NCBI RefSeq assembly: GCF_011386835.1
Contig: NC_088792.1
Location: 201,686,001 to 201,750,000 of the forward strand
Direction of reading: 5' to 3'
DNA from: Chrysemys picta bellii
Taxonomy: Eukaryota
DNA: 64,000 nt
Positions 37,602-50,467 of the stretch are shown here, in pieces (within the stretch, counting starts at the first letter, position 1; each line of letters opens with the position of its first letter). Under the pieces are notes generated by a model. The model had not been told where the DNA came from. It worked only from the letters and a program-made list of their open reading frames with translations, and did not search any database. Position numbers and translations under genes: made by a program.

Positions 37602-40600
37602 TAAGCAATTATTTCTGTGGCAATCATTTATATTTAATTTTGCTGACAAAAAAACTTGTAAGAAAAAAACTATTCTCCAAAATTCATATTATCTGAAATT
37701 CAGAATGCCAATTTCCAAAATGAATATTTTCTGAATTTCAGATATGGTCTCACAAGCTGTAAGTAAGGTATTGAAGCTTTCCTTTACATACACACACAAA
37801 AAAAAAAAAAAAAAAATTGGAATGGGAGTCTAGATATGTATTCACAATGTACCAGTTACAGAATAAAATATTGGGTGTAAAGTGACACTTAAACATAAAT
37901 TATTGTGATGTAATTTTAAAAATTAATTAAAAAAAACCTTTGATGATGAAGGGAAAGTAAAAACTAAACACTGTTTTCAGAAAAGCCACAGAAATGAGGT
38001 CCATTTTAAGTTCAAAATTCACCTTTGCACATTTTAGAATCTAAACACAATCAAACACACAAAGTCTTCCCGTGATTAAGTGGGAATTCTCTGGGATGTA
38101 AATCAGGCAAGATTTTGGTTCTACAAATTGTAAGAATGGATTGTTGGACCAATTTATGGAACCACTGAAGCACCATATTAGTGGATCCTTTCTCTGTAGA
38201 CACCTTTTTTGCTCTGACAATTAAACTAGAAGTTTCCTGACACATTTCATATCTATTTTCTTTTCCTACAACCTAATTTAGGCTAAAATTAATCTTTGCA
38301 TAAAAAGTCCATATAATCAGTCATAATTAAATCAGAAAAGAGTATATGGAAGAAGAAGAACAGTGCTTATACAATAAAAACAACGGAACTGGTTAATTTA
38401 AAGCTAAAATCAAGTTTTTTTGGGGCAGCATTATTGTTGTATTACGAGACACAAATTTAGCTTAAATTTCATTAGGGACACTCTCCAACTGCTTAGACTC
38501 CTTTACTGACTTACCTTAAAACCAGAGTTGCAATTCCGCTGAAAAATAACAAGAACCCACTCTGGTTTAGTCTGAGGTGTAAAATTTCTTTTTCAAGTAC
38601 AGGGGCTTAGCCCTTACATTTTCCCAATACCACATAAAGCTTATTTAATTTTTGTATCTCTTAACTTCCAGCTTCCACCATTTTTCTTTTTTTCAAATCT
38701 GTCAATGCAGCATTAATTTAGAAAAACCACCACCACCAACCCAGACTTCTTGGGGATCCGAATATAAACAAAGCATTGCACACGTTAGGACAGAAAATAG
38801 CATGTATGAAGAGTCTGGTCAGTGTGCAGTCCCTTAAGAAATAAATCTCTCTCTTTGTTCTTTAAATTACTCAGTAGTGCACAATGATCAATTTGAAAAC
38901 AGAAAGACTGGCCATCTGTCAATGAAAAAGTACACTAAAAGTTTAAAGAAAGTCAAACTTGAAGTTTAAATAACTTGACAGTATCCCTTAAAATCTGCCA
39001 CTAAATGTCCAATTTGCCCATAGTTTTTTATTTTTTAAACATTCAAGTTAAAATTATTAAAATTAAACAGATATTTCATGGAATGTTAGGCTTGAGATAG
39101 CAGAACATTGAATACATTTTCTATAGAGCAAGGCAAAAAAATCCACAAGAAAAATGTAAAATATATTTGTGTTACATAATGATAGCATACAAATGGGCTA
39201 AGCTATTTAGTCAACCAACTAATCTCTTCCACAGAGAAACACACACACACTCAACAATAAGTTTCAAAACAATGCATTTAATTAAGTTCCATATTTCAAC
39301 AGAAAGTGGAGAAAGTTGAATAAATACACCTAACTAGCTTGTAAAAGACTCTTACAATTCTGTAAAACATACAATCAAGCTCATTTGGTCATATCTCATT
39401 CTCTTCTTCCACTTGACTACAGAACAATATTGACAAACAAAAGTGGATACATTTCTGCTGGGTCGACAGAATAATCTACAATGTCTTTTTCTAATTCACT
39501 TGACAAATCTTGAACACATGATTCCAGTCAGCCTGTATTTTTATTGTTGCACTATTTTAAGATGCGGCTACAAACCAGCAACTCATATTAAAGAATTCTG
39601 GAGCTAAACAATTTCCATGCTTATTGTAACTAACATGTAAATGTTAACCTTTCCTTGATCTGATAGTAGGAATATGCTGTTTTGTCAGGTTTTATTATTT
39701 ACATATGTAGCCATGAATTGTCTGTGTCCTAGATGGACATCACCTATTAAGCCAAAGAACAGAACCTTGGGAAAATAAAAGGTGTCTTTCAGTTACTTTA
39801 GTAAACTATAAAAAAAAATTATTCTAAACAATTTCCTTAAATTACAGGTTTTTTAGTAAACATTTTTTCACTGAAATGGAGGGGGGCATTGTTTGTTTCT
39901 TTAAATATCTGTAAAGAAAAAACTTCAAAAAGTAAATTAATTTTTTTTAAATATTTACAGATTTAACCTTTAACCAAATAGGCCCTCATTGGGCCACTGT
40001 CATTTTTAAAAGGGCAAATATCACAAATTATAGTAATTCTCAGGTAAGATTCTAAACACCAGCCTTAACTCTGCCCCTCTACTGTAGCCCACTCCCTTGC
40101 CTTACAAGAGACTCTCACCTTGCTGTAATATGAAATAAATTTAAGTTTTTTATTTTTGCACATGAATTACAAAAAGATGGCCTTTTATTATAACCCACAT
40201 CCATCCTTCAAGGCCTACAGCTTGAGGTTGAGGCAAAGCTTCTTAAACTCAGTAAGAGTCCTTTTATTAACTTCAGTAAACTTTGGATCAGGTACCATAT
40301 GAAGTTTAGGGAGCTTAAGTCTGTACTGGGAGTGTGTTTAGGATGCTGGAGGTCTGCAATCTGCATGTGTAGAATGGATGTGGTAAAGGTTGATCTCTGG
40401 CTTGTACCTGAAGAGGGGAATCTCAGACCAACAGCAGAGGGTAAACTGGGTAAGGCAGGGTGATCAACAGAGACAGAGGTGTAAGAAGCTCATACATTGA
40501 GGGAAAGGAAAGACTTTTTGCCATCTAGATTATACCAGGATGTTAACTAAGGTTGGGTTGTCATATATTACACATATAGTACTACACTGCATATGCGGTA

Positions 40601-40808
40601 ACATTTTATTTTAAACATTTGTCTGTTTTTTATGAGTGAAAAGCTTTAAAAATAATTACGATATTGTAACTTTAAAGCATCTCTTGTGATTAACCTCACA
40701 CTTTCAAAAAATATTCCCCACCAGGTAAAAAAGAGCTCTTTTTTCCAGGTAGAATGAGAGTTGATTTTTGACTGAAATCATCTTTCAATGATGGAGTTAC
40801 TACTGTGA

Positions 40809-41832
40809 TAGGGTTACCATACGTCCGGTTTTTCCCGGACATGTCCGGCTTTTCAGCAATCAAACCCCCGTCCGGGGGGAATTGCCGAAAAGCCACACAT
40901 GTCCGGGAAAATGGCCGGCACTTCCTCTCCCCCTGCGGCTCTGCTCCACTCTCTGATTTACAGAGCCAAGCTGCCCGAGCCAGCGCTACTGGCTTCGGGC
41001 AGTCCCCCCCTGCCTCCGGACCCCGAGCCCTCAGCCAGGCACTTCTCCTACCCGGCTCCAGCTGAGCTGCTCCCGCGGTGCAAGGTCCGGAGGCAGGGGG
41101 GGGCTGCCCGAAGCCGGTAACGCTGGCTCGGGCAGCTCGGCTCTGTGAGTCTGAGGGGGAGGAGCCAAGCAGCTCAGTTGGAGCCGGGGAAGGGACGTGC
41201 CCAGCCAGCTCTGGGTCCTGAGGCAGGGGAGGGCTGCTCGGCTCTTACATTCCAAGAGGGGAGGAGCAGCTCAGCTGGAGCCCAGGTAGGAGAAGTGGGG
41301 TCCCGAGGCGGGGCTGGGGGGTGCTGAGCGGGCCGGGGGGGCCAGGGGGTGCTCAGCCGGGGTCCGGGCCGGGGGATGCTGAGCAGGCCGGGGGATGCTT
41401 GGCCGGGGGTCCGGGGGCTGGCGGGGCCAGGGGGTGCTTGGCCGGGGATCGGGGGCCGGGGGGTGCTGAGCGGGCCGGGGGGCCGGCGGGGCTGGGGGGT
41501 GCTGAGCGGGCCGGGGGATGCTCGGCCGGGGGCCGGCGGGGCCAGGGGGTGCTCGGCCGGGGGCCGGCCCAGGCTGGAAACGCCAGGGGGGGCAGCCTGG
41601 GCCGCTCCTCCTCCCCCCACACCCACCCTTACCTGCTTCAGGCTTCCCGCGAATCAAATGTTCGCGGGAAGCAGGGGAGGGGGCGGAGTTGGGGCGGGGA
41701 CTTTGAGGAAGGGGTGGAGTTGGGGCGGGGACTTTGAGGAAGGGGCGGGGTTGGGGCGTGGGCGGGGCTGGGGGTGGGGCCGGGGGCTGGTGGAGTGTCC
41801 TCCTTTTGGAGGCTCGAAATATGGTAACCCTA
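40809..41832. mobile_element. Non-autonomous hAT element with a very GC-rich tandem-repeat interior
   Basis: TIRs TAGGGTTACCATA / TATGGTAACCCTA; perfect TSD TACTGTGA (40801-40808, 41833-41840). Confidence 0.92.
41310..41575 (+). repeat. G-rich variable-unit minisatellite (about 9 units, core GGGG(G/A)TGCT...GGCCGGGG)
   Basis: Units counted by eye; accounts for the Pro/Gly-rich ORFs in all frames. Confidence 0.85.
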
Positions 41833-44534
41833 TACTGTGATTCCATAATTTTAAGAAAGATGACAAACTGTTATTAAAAATGACCTTAAAATAAGGTTAA
41901 GGATGCTGTTTTACACTTCATCCTTATCTTTAGGATTAGAAAAATTAACCCTCCTAATCCATACTTAATGACTATTTTCTTTAGTTAATGGCCTTAGATG
42001 AATCTCAGGACAATAAATCAGCTCTGATAATAATGAATTTGGATTAGTAACAGTATAAACAGCACAATAGTCTATTATGGCAATAATATTTAAACAAACC
42101 AAGAAATTCACTTCATGAGTAAGTGAATACATCTGAGTGAGGAAGTCCATGTTTAACCTGCTCTGCCAATTTTTTTGGAATGGAGGGGTAGGGAAGTGGG
42201 TCCAAATGTTGCTACAAGTAATAAGGTTAAAATTACACAAATACTCTCAACTGCTAAGAGAAAGCTTCATACTTTCTTTACAGCAACATATTTTAGCATT
42301 TTAAACTCATGAAAAAAAACCCACAATTACTTTGCTCCTATGCATGAAAAAAGTCTAAATTCAAATACACATATATTTATTTTCATTTTTAAAGGGGCAC
42401 AATTAACTTGAAAATTACAATACCATCTTAAAATTTTGTACCTATTATTATAAATAAGACTTCAATTATATAACTGAGATTAGAGAATATTTTATATTTT
42501 TCTACTTTTTAAATTTACTTTATGTCTAGTTAAGTTTTACATTTTTGTTGCTAGCATAGGCAGCAAGCAACAGAAAGGTGTGCATACAGAAAGCAGAGGG
42601 AAAATATGGCTGAGTCAGTGAGTTTGGTGGTTTTGCTTTCAGGCCTCCCCCAAAAAACCCTTCTAAACATAAATAGGTGAGCAGTGAAAACATAAATTTT
42701 AAAAAGATTGAAAAGATGCTTTATTAGTTAAACTGAATTATTTCAAACCTAAGAAGTAAGTGTTACTTTTTTACTAGGTGGAGCAAATGCAAAATTAATA
42801 TCTAACTAAAATTACTCCTGAACCTCTGCCGTGACATGAAACAAAATCATCATCAGGAAAATACTACACACTTGATTTATAACTCCCTCATCAGCTGTCT
42901 TTCAAGAGACTGGTCTAGTTGTTGGTTAACAGCCAAAAATATACACTAATCCTTTTGTTCTAGAAGCTGTGATAGTAAACCCCTTTGTACCAAAAGAATC
43001 ATCAGCATGTATGAAGTTATTATTCTATATTCCTAACCCACCTCTATTTTCCCATCTTTAAACAGTGTTTTACTGGTGTCATAAGGTTTCTGTTTTGTTT
43101 TGAAAATACATTTAAGTGGAAAGAATTTGCTCATTAAGTGGTCAAACAAGATTTATTTCTCCTCCACATATTGAGTTTTTATAATTGGAAAATTACCCTA
43201 TCACCATGTGTCCAGCCGTGAATTTTTTTTTTGTCATCATCACAGTGGTTTGTTTATGTAAAAACAAGAAGAGTGCCTTTCAGGGGAGAAAACTGTGTTA
43301 TTCTAGTTTTTACATATCACTTACAGTAAATTAGTGAAACCAGGAGCCCAGCTTTTAACATAAAGTGTTGCTCCATTAATAAATAAATAATTTCTTTCAG
43401 ATATAAAAAGTATTTTTGTGACCTATTTTTAATAACAGACTACTAAATTAAGAGTGAATTACTGTTTCTATTAACATTTTCCCCCAGGCTTATAATTCAA
43501 CAGTTTAATTTACTGTATCATACACGGTCTTCATTTGGGTGAATTTTCCTCCTAAAATATGGTTTAAGCACCTTTTTTAAAGATAAAAAGCAAACCAAAA
43601 TAAAGGTTTGTAATTGGCTTAGAACTTTTGGTATCAGTAAGCTAATGAAAGGATAGGGTTAAAAACAGAAATGTTATGGACACTCAGACCATGTTCACAT
43701 TATATTGCAGTTGAAAATATACAAATCACAACTATGTTTTAACGCATACTTTAAGGGTTTCAGCAGAGTTTCCTTGACCAGTATGAAGAGGGACTCTTCT
43801 CCTCTCATGTACCTCCAGTAATCACTCCTGCCAGCTTTCCCTCAATTCCCACACTCCACACAAAAGAGACAATTTTGGCAGCTCTATTCCAGGGAGCACC
43901 TGTCTCATCAACAAGCATTCTGAAGCCTCCAGTCAGCTGAGTTCTTCGGCCATGTCGACACCAGAACATTAAAGTAGTGTGAAAGTAACTAGTTAACAAT
44001 GAAAGCAGAACTGTATTTGACAACCATTTTCAAACACAGATTTTTGCAAACATGATTTTAGCATATTTTGATCTCCAGGATAGATGAGTTTCTGAAACCA
44101 CGTTATTGAGTTCCTGTGATGGTTCTTGGGGTACCTGGGACTATAAGTTACCTTGTTACCCAGTTCCTTCTTAGCAGGGTTCTATCCCAGTTTCTGAACT
44201 GTTAGCAACCTGCATGGAGTCTGGGCACATAGATTGTTACAGTCATATGTAGAAGCCACACGAATAGTTACAAATGGTATGTACTCAGGGCTCAAACTGT
44301 AAGACTCCCCAAAAACTCTGCAGCTCTCCATTAAACAAGGGAAGTACTTCTGGCCTTTGTTTCAAATGGTGGCCTATACAACCAAATGCCACATTCTTCT
44401 TTAGGAACCTGAATAAAGTATTCTTTTCTCCTATTTGTTAAGCATCTCTCATTAGGGGTCTTTGTCACACATTGTCACATTCAGGATTTGACAGCTAAAA
44501 TGTCTATAACTGGAAATTAGAAAAGAACATTTAA

Positions 44535-47500
44535 TACCTTACAGAACGGTGTTTCTCTCTTCAAGTGACTGTCCACATGGATTCCACTTCTAGTGATCTG
44601 TAAGATGTGATCTCCTACGTAAGAGGTGGGGTTGGAGCAAACTTAAGAGATTGGTATGGCAGATGAATCACCTGACTGAAACTGAAGTCTAAAACAACCT
44701 TTGGTATGAATTCAGGTCGATGCCTCAGGGTCACTTTATTCTTATGGACCACTGTGTAAGGTGGACCAGCAATAAGACCCTGAATTTTCCCTACCCTTTT
44801 GGCTTCTGTTGTTGCTAATAAAAAGGCCATTTTCATAAATAGATGGTACTGTGGGCACACTGCTAGGGGCTCAAAGGGAGGACCCATTAACCCAGTGGTC
44901 CCCAAACTGTGGGGCACGCCCACCTAGAGGGGCATGGAGAAATATTCGGGTGGAGGGCAGAGAGGGAGTACCACCCAGTTCCGTTCTGCCCCCAGCTGCA
45001 GCCATACTCCACCCCCTGCTCTGCCCCCAGCCACAACTCCACTCTGCCCCCTGCTCTGCCCCAACCCAGCTCTGCCATTTTTCCCTCTGCCCCCAGGCCA
45101 GATCTGCTTCTAGCCCCAGCTCCCCATCCCCATCTCCAGTTCTTCCCCCAGCTCCACTTTCAGCCCATCTCCTCTGCTGAGCCAACTATGCAGTAACGGA
45201 GAGGGGTGCAGACAGAATTCATTACTGGTAAGGCAGGGGGCAACAGAAGTTTGGGCACCACTGCATTAACTTAGCTAAGACTATATTAAGATCCCAGGAG
45301 TGAGGGGGCTCCTGGATTAGGGGAAAACACATGAATGAAGCCCTTGGAGAAACTAGCAACTGTGGGATGGGAAAATATGATGTGATCCTGTATGGGGGGA
45401 TGATGAGTTGTTATTTCTCCTAAGCACACCTTCAGAGAGCTGATTGATAGCCATAAATTCTTTCTGGATAACTGGTCATCCAGAATAACAGAAATCAGAA
45501 TGTCTAGAGAAGACAGATTGGGCTGTGCTGCCCAGAGTGTCTCTTCCATTTCGCGGCATAGGTCAGCCTAGAAGAGTCCTTTGCGCTTCACACTAACATA
45601 TTCAGACCTTAGCTTCTTTCAGTGCTATTTTACCAACCAGCATCCATACTGTGAGGGGCAATGATGCTGGGACCCGATGTACAATCTGCCCTCTCTCTTG
45701 GAGTTTATGTCTGGTAAGAGAGGTAATGTTATCAGGGGCTGTGCTGACAGGTTCATTAGGATGGAGTACCAGAACTGTCTGGGCCAAGCTGGTGCTAGTA
45801 TGATTATTACTGCTGAGTCCTGTCAGCATTTCTTTGGGACCCTTGGTACTAATGGGATTGGTGGGAAGGCATACGTTATCTCTGGAGTGCACAAGACAAG
45901 GAAAGCATCTGACAGAGAACCTGGGCTCAGACTCCCACCTTGAGTAGAACATCTGACACTTTGCATTTTTGTCTGTGGTGAATAGATCTGCTTTTGAGTG
46001 ACTCCACCTGTGGAAAATGCTCTGCAGGATGGAGTCTGATAATCCATTTGTAGTCAGTTGTAAATTGCCTGCTGATCTGGTAAACTAGGACATTCTGCAA
46101 ACCTGGTAGATGCAGAGCTACTGTTGTGATCTGGTTACGAACAGACCAGTTCCATAGGCAAACAGCTTCTTGACAAAAGGGGGGGGTGAATATTCTCCTC
46201 CTTGTCTGTTGATCTAAAACTTTTCTGTTGTGTTGTCTGTCATGACCTGGGCTGTCAGTCCACTTAAAATGGGGGAGATATGCTGTGCAGGCTAGCTAAA
46301 TAGCTCTCAGCTCCAGGACGTTTATACCAAGGTTAATCTCTTCAGTGGTCCATAGGCCTTGAGTTTGAAGGTGATCTTCCTGGCTGAGTGCAGAACCATC
46401 AGTTATCAAGAGGTAGAGAAAATGATATCCCTTTGCTTACTTGGAGAATGTACCTGTACCCGTATGTCCGTGTGATATCTGTTTGAAAGATATTCAGATT
46501 TCAACTCCCTTTGCATGCAACATAGGTGAAATCTGGCATGCTGTGTATCATTAGTGCAGCAGGCCACGTGACTAAGAAGTCTGAGGCAGTGTCTTACAGA
46601 TGTTGGAGGGTGAACCTGCAGCAGGTTGATGAGGTCTACCATGGTACTGAATCTGTCTTGTGGAAGATAAGCTCTTGCTGTTGTGGAATCTAGCACTGGT
46701 CCTATAACTCTATCTTTTGGGTCAGCTCTAATGTTATCTTTGATCACTCGGAGTCCCAGAGTAGAGAAAAAGTGTAGGATCATATGAATGGAGATGTTCA
46801 CCTGATGCAGTGACTGAATGAGCCAATCATCAAGGTACAGATATACCTACATCCTTTGCTTTCCCACGTGAGCCACTATGACTGTCAAGTACCTGGCAAA
46901 TACTCTTGGCACTGCTGAAAGACCGAAGGGCAGGACTCTGTGCTGACAGTGGGAATTTCACACTAGCAATCTGTGTGGTGGGATGGATTGATATGTGAAC
47001 GTATGCCTCCAGTAGGTCAAGAATTGTAAACCAGTCTTGAGGAGCTAAGGATGCGATTATAGAGGCTAGAGTGACCATTCAGAATATGAGGTGATAGATA
47101 AAGGTGTTGAGATTTCTGAAATCCAGAACTGGGTGTCCCTCCTTTTATGGGATTAGAAAATACGAGTAAAACCCAACCCCTCTGAACACACTGATCATAT
47201 GAACAAGACTGAGCTGAGCAGGTAGGAGATGCCTCTCTTCTGTGTTCTGATGGGGAGGGAGAAAAAGACAACTCCTTCGCTAGTGGTGGGGCTACTCTAA
47301 CAGGGGTTCTAGGGTGAGCGAAACTCTCTCTCTTTGCCGGCATTGAAAAGGTGCAAGGTGCGGCGCAAGCAGCTGCGAGCCACTCCAGGCAGCAGGACAC
47401 TCAGTGCCATCATAGTCGATAGTACAGTGTATGGCTCCCTCACAGTAGAAAGTAGATATAACTCAGGAAGAACTTGGTGCAAAGAAAATTGGTGCAGAGA

Positions 47501-47745
47501 GTGCCTGCACCATAGTATTTGGTACCAGCGTTGTGGGTACTGAGGTGATGGGCACTTGGTGAACTAATAACAGTACAAAGTGTCGGTACCAGGCAAAGTA
47601 CTGGGCCCTCCGGATTATATGCCCTTGGGTGGTGGTGGGGGGCACGAGGATACGTAAGGTGCAGGCACAGCACTAATGGACACTGCTGGCTGAAAGTATC
47701 CAATCATGATGTGGAATGCATATGGACAATCACTCAACTAAGAAC
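44535..47745 (-). mobile_element. Second DIRS-type retrotransposon, decayed, interrupted by a hAT MITE
   Basis: RT pieces (WFTILDLLEAYVHISI, 46830-47078; VRHCLRLLSHVACC, 46406-46801); tyrosine-recombinase pieces (AFLLATTEAKRVGKIQGL..FIPKVV, 44615-44923); inverted termini 44561-44587 vs 47711-47737 (22/27). Confidence 0.85.
44893..45263. mobile_element. Charlie-type hAT MITE nested in the DIRS recombinase region
   Basis: TIRs CAGTGGTCCCCAAACT / AGTTTGGGCACCACTG; TSD CATTAACC / CATTAACT. Confidence 0.88.
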
Positions 47746-49019
47746 TTTTCTTTAGTTATCCTATCTAGTACTGGGATAAATGCAGGAATTCAGATGCTAG
47801 ACTTAGGAGATGAGTGAGTCTGCTTGGTCCCATCAGCTAAGCAAGCGGGCCTTGCTTGGAGAAGCAGAAGCAGGATGGAGACACTTTCCCAGTGCAAAGA
47901 AGAAGTGTATCAGCAGGCTGATCTCAGAAAAGAACAGTATTGAGAGAAGATGGGGTAGGTAATTGTAGTCCAACAGACTTTGACAAAACAGCCAACTCAG
48001 GAGGCTAATGAAACCCCATTCTCAAAGAGAGAGCAACTGCGAAGAAAAAATGGGGTATATGTTTTTTCCATGTATATTAGCTCAAATATAAAAATAAATT
48101 TGCTTTGGTCAAGCTTGTGTTTGCTTTTCTGAACACTTGAAAAATCAAGCTTTACTAGCACAAATATTTGCAGAAAGCTGATTTTAGGCTTGCATACTTG
48201 AGTATACTAGAAATGGCATATTTCTTATAGGACAGAATCCTGGTTGACAAAACAGGGGACAGGGTTCCTTAAATCTTCCCCAAGTCCCAGAATATAGACA
48301 ATTAAATGAGCCAGAATGCATTTTCCACAGCTAGGACCACCCACTTACACATAGTTATTTTGTAAGAATGCAATGAGACTAAATTAAATTTAAACACTGA
48401 AACCATCCAATAAATCTTAATTTTTCTAGGAATGAGGCCTTGGGAAAAGTCTGTGCGACCCAAAAAGAAAAAAGTTTATTTTTTTTAATTGACTAATCCT
48501 GCTTATCTATTTTCCTGTTCTCTAAACTTCTATGTTTCTCTGAGAGAGTCAAAGCCCCAATGGCATCTTTAAGCCTTATTTCTGATTATCAGAGTTAACC
48601 TCACTCAGCCAGGTAACACAAAAATAATGATGAGTGATCAGTCAATCAGAACTAACCAACCTAGCCAAGTTTTGAATACAGAATATTTAATACTTGTAAC
48701 GAGTGGTTCGAGATCAATCCAAAAAATTAAAATATCTCACAATCATTAGTAATTTTGAATAATGAATAAATTTAAGAAAATTTTATACTGCTTGTGGATG
48801 TTACAGAAATAAAAAAAGTTAAAATTTATAGAGTAAATTATTTGTTTCAAATTAGTCACTCACCTCTCATATATAATGTTTTACTAAGATAAAGCCATAT
48901 TTCAAAATGTTTTTAGATTTTTCATTGGTGCTTGAGTACTTCAAAAGGGTGTGCACTGACAGCACTAAAGACCTTTGTTTACCGAAAGAATTGGTACAAC
49001 TTGTGTAGTATCAAATTAA

Positions 49020-49282
49020 GGCTTTGTCTATACTGCTAAATGAACGACAAAACTTTTGTCATTCACAGGTGCTTTAAAAAGCCCCACCCATCCCCGAAAG
49101 ACAAAAGTTTTGCAGCAGCAAGTGGCAGTGGAAACGGCTCGTTGTTGGCAGGAGCGCTCTCCTGTCACCAACGTGAACCCCGCTCATAGGGGTTGGAAGT
49201 ATTTTGTCAGCAAAAGTGCTGACAAACGGCGTTTACGCTGCCTGACTTTTAGTGACATGAGCTTTGTAGTGTAGACAAAGCC
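49020..49282. mobile_element. PIF/Harbinger-type MITE
   Basis: TIRs GGCTTTGTCTATACT / AGTGTAGACAAAGCC; TAA TSD. Confidence 0.85.
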
Positions 49283-49783
49283 TAAGACTTTCCACATTGC
49301 CTACCTCAACCCTATTTTTAAAAGGTGAAGAGAACAGTTCAGTCTCAGTGACTGCTAAAATCATTGGTTTCTCTGCTGGGATTGCTAAGACTACTGCCAA
49401 TTAGCACTGAATATGATGGGTGTGTGCAGGTTGGTTTGTGACATGCACACTTGTTCACCACAAACGGCTTTCACATGCACATTACAAACAGCAACAATCA
49501 ATCACTATCAGCTTAATTGTCTTCGCGGTATGCTTTTAACAAATAAAAGGGAACTCAACATCTCATGGTTTCCATAAATCTATTTACTTTAACACACTCC
49601 TAAACTTTTAGGGACACTTAATCAGTTCTACAAACTGCGATCTGACTTGGTTTTTTTTCCCCTTTATAACTGGATTATCATTTATTTTGAGGAGTTCTGG
49701 ATTCATAGAAGACTATACTTTACAAAGCCCTTCCAGGCACATAGTTAAAGTTTGTCATCTACTGAGAGATGGCATAAAAATAG

Positions 49784-49833
49784 GTTTCAGAGTAGCAGCC
49801 ATGTTAGTCTGTATCCACAAAAAGAACAGGAGT
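49784..49833. mobile_element. 50-bp PLE terminal fragment (single arm, no hammerhead)
   Basis: GTTTCAGAGTAGCAGCCATGTTAGTCTGTATCCACAAAAAGAACAGGAGT matches the terminus of the other PLE copies. Confidence 0.8.
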
Positions 49834-50054
49834 TCAATCATGAAGAAACAATGCAATTTATAAAGTAGTTAAAACTGTGGTTGTAATCATTTTTCAAAAG
49901 TCTGTTTCATGTGGTCAGCTATGGAGTGAAATTTTTAATAACCAACTCTATTGCCTAGTACACTGCCTATGCTCTAGGCAGGTCAGCACCTGGGCAGCAT
50001 TAAATCATAGCCCTGTGTTTTTCTCAAGGGATTTAAACTTCCAGAGTATTAGAG

Positions 50055-50467
50055 CAGTGGTTCTCAACCTTTCCAGACCACTGTACCCCTTCCAGGAGTC
50101 TGATTTGTCTTGCATACCCTAAGTTACACCTCAGTTAAAACCTACTTGCTTACAAAATCAGACATAAAAATACAAAGGTGTTACTGCACACTGTTACTGA
50201 AAAATTGATTACTTTCTCATTTTTACCATATCATCATAAAATAAATCATTTGGAATATAAATATTGTACTTACATTTCCGTGTATAGTATACAGAGCAGT
50301 ATAAACAAGTCACTGTCTGTATGAAATTTTAGTTTGGACTGACTTTGCGAGAGCTTTTTATGTAGCCTGTTGTAAAACTAGCCAAATATCTAGAAGAGTT
50401 GATGTACCCCCTGGAAGACCTCTGTGTACACCCAGCGGTACACATATCCCCTAGTTGAGAACCGCTG
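50055..50467. mobile_element. Charlie-type hAT MITE
   Basis: TIRs CAGTGGTTCTCAAC / GTTGAGAACCGCTG; perfect TSD TATTAGAG. Confidence 0.92.

Noticed and set aside
41310-41575. Repeat-spacer-like periodicity (CRISPR-like)
   Set aside because: Eukaryotic G-rich minisatellite with related, non-unique spacers and no cas genes.
40805-41866. Many overlapping Pro/Gly/Arg-rich ORFs up to 191 aa
   Set aside because: Artefact of GC-rich tandem repeats inside a TIR/TSD-bounded hAT element; few stop codons are expected in any frame.
44110-44330. Possible LTR fragment next to the DIRS element
   Set aside because: Only a TGTGATGG start and general resemblance; no partner LTR, PBS or TSD, so too weak to list.
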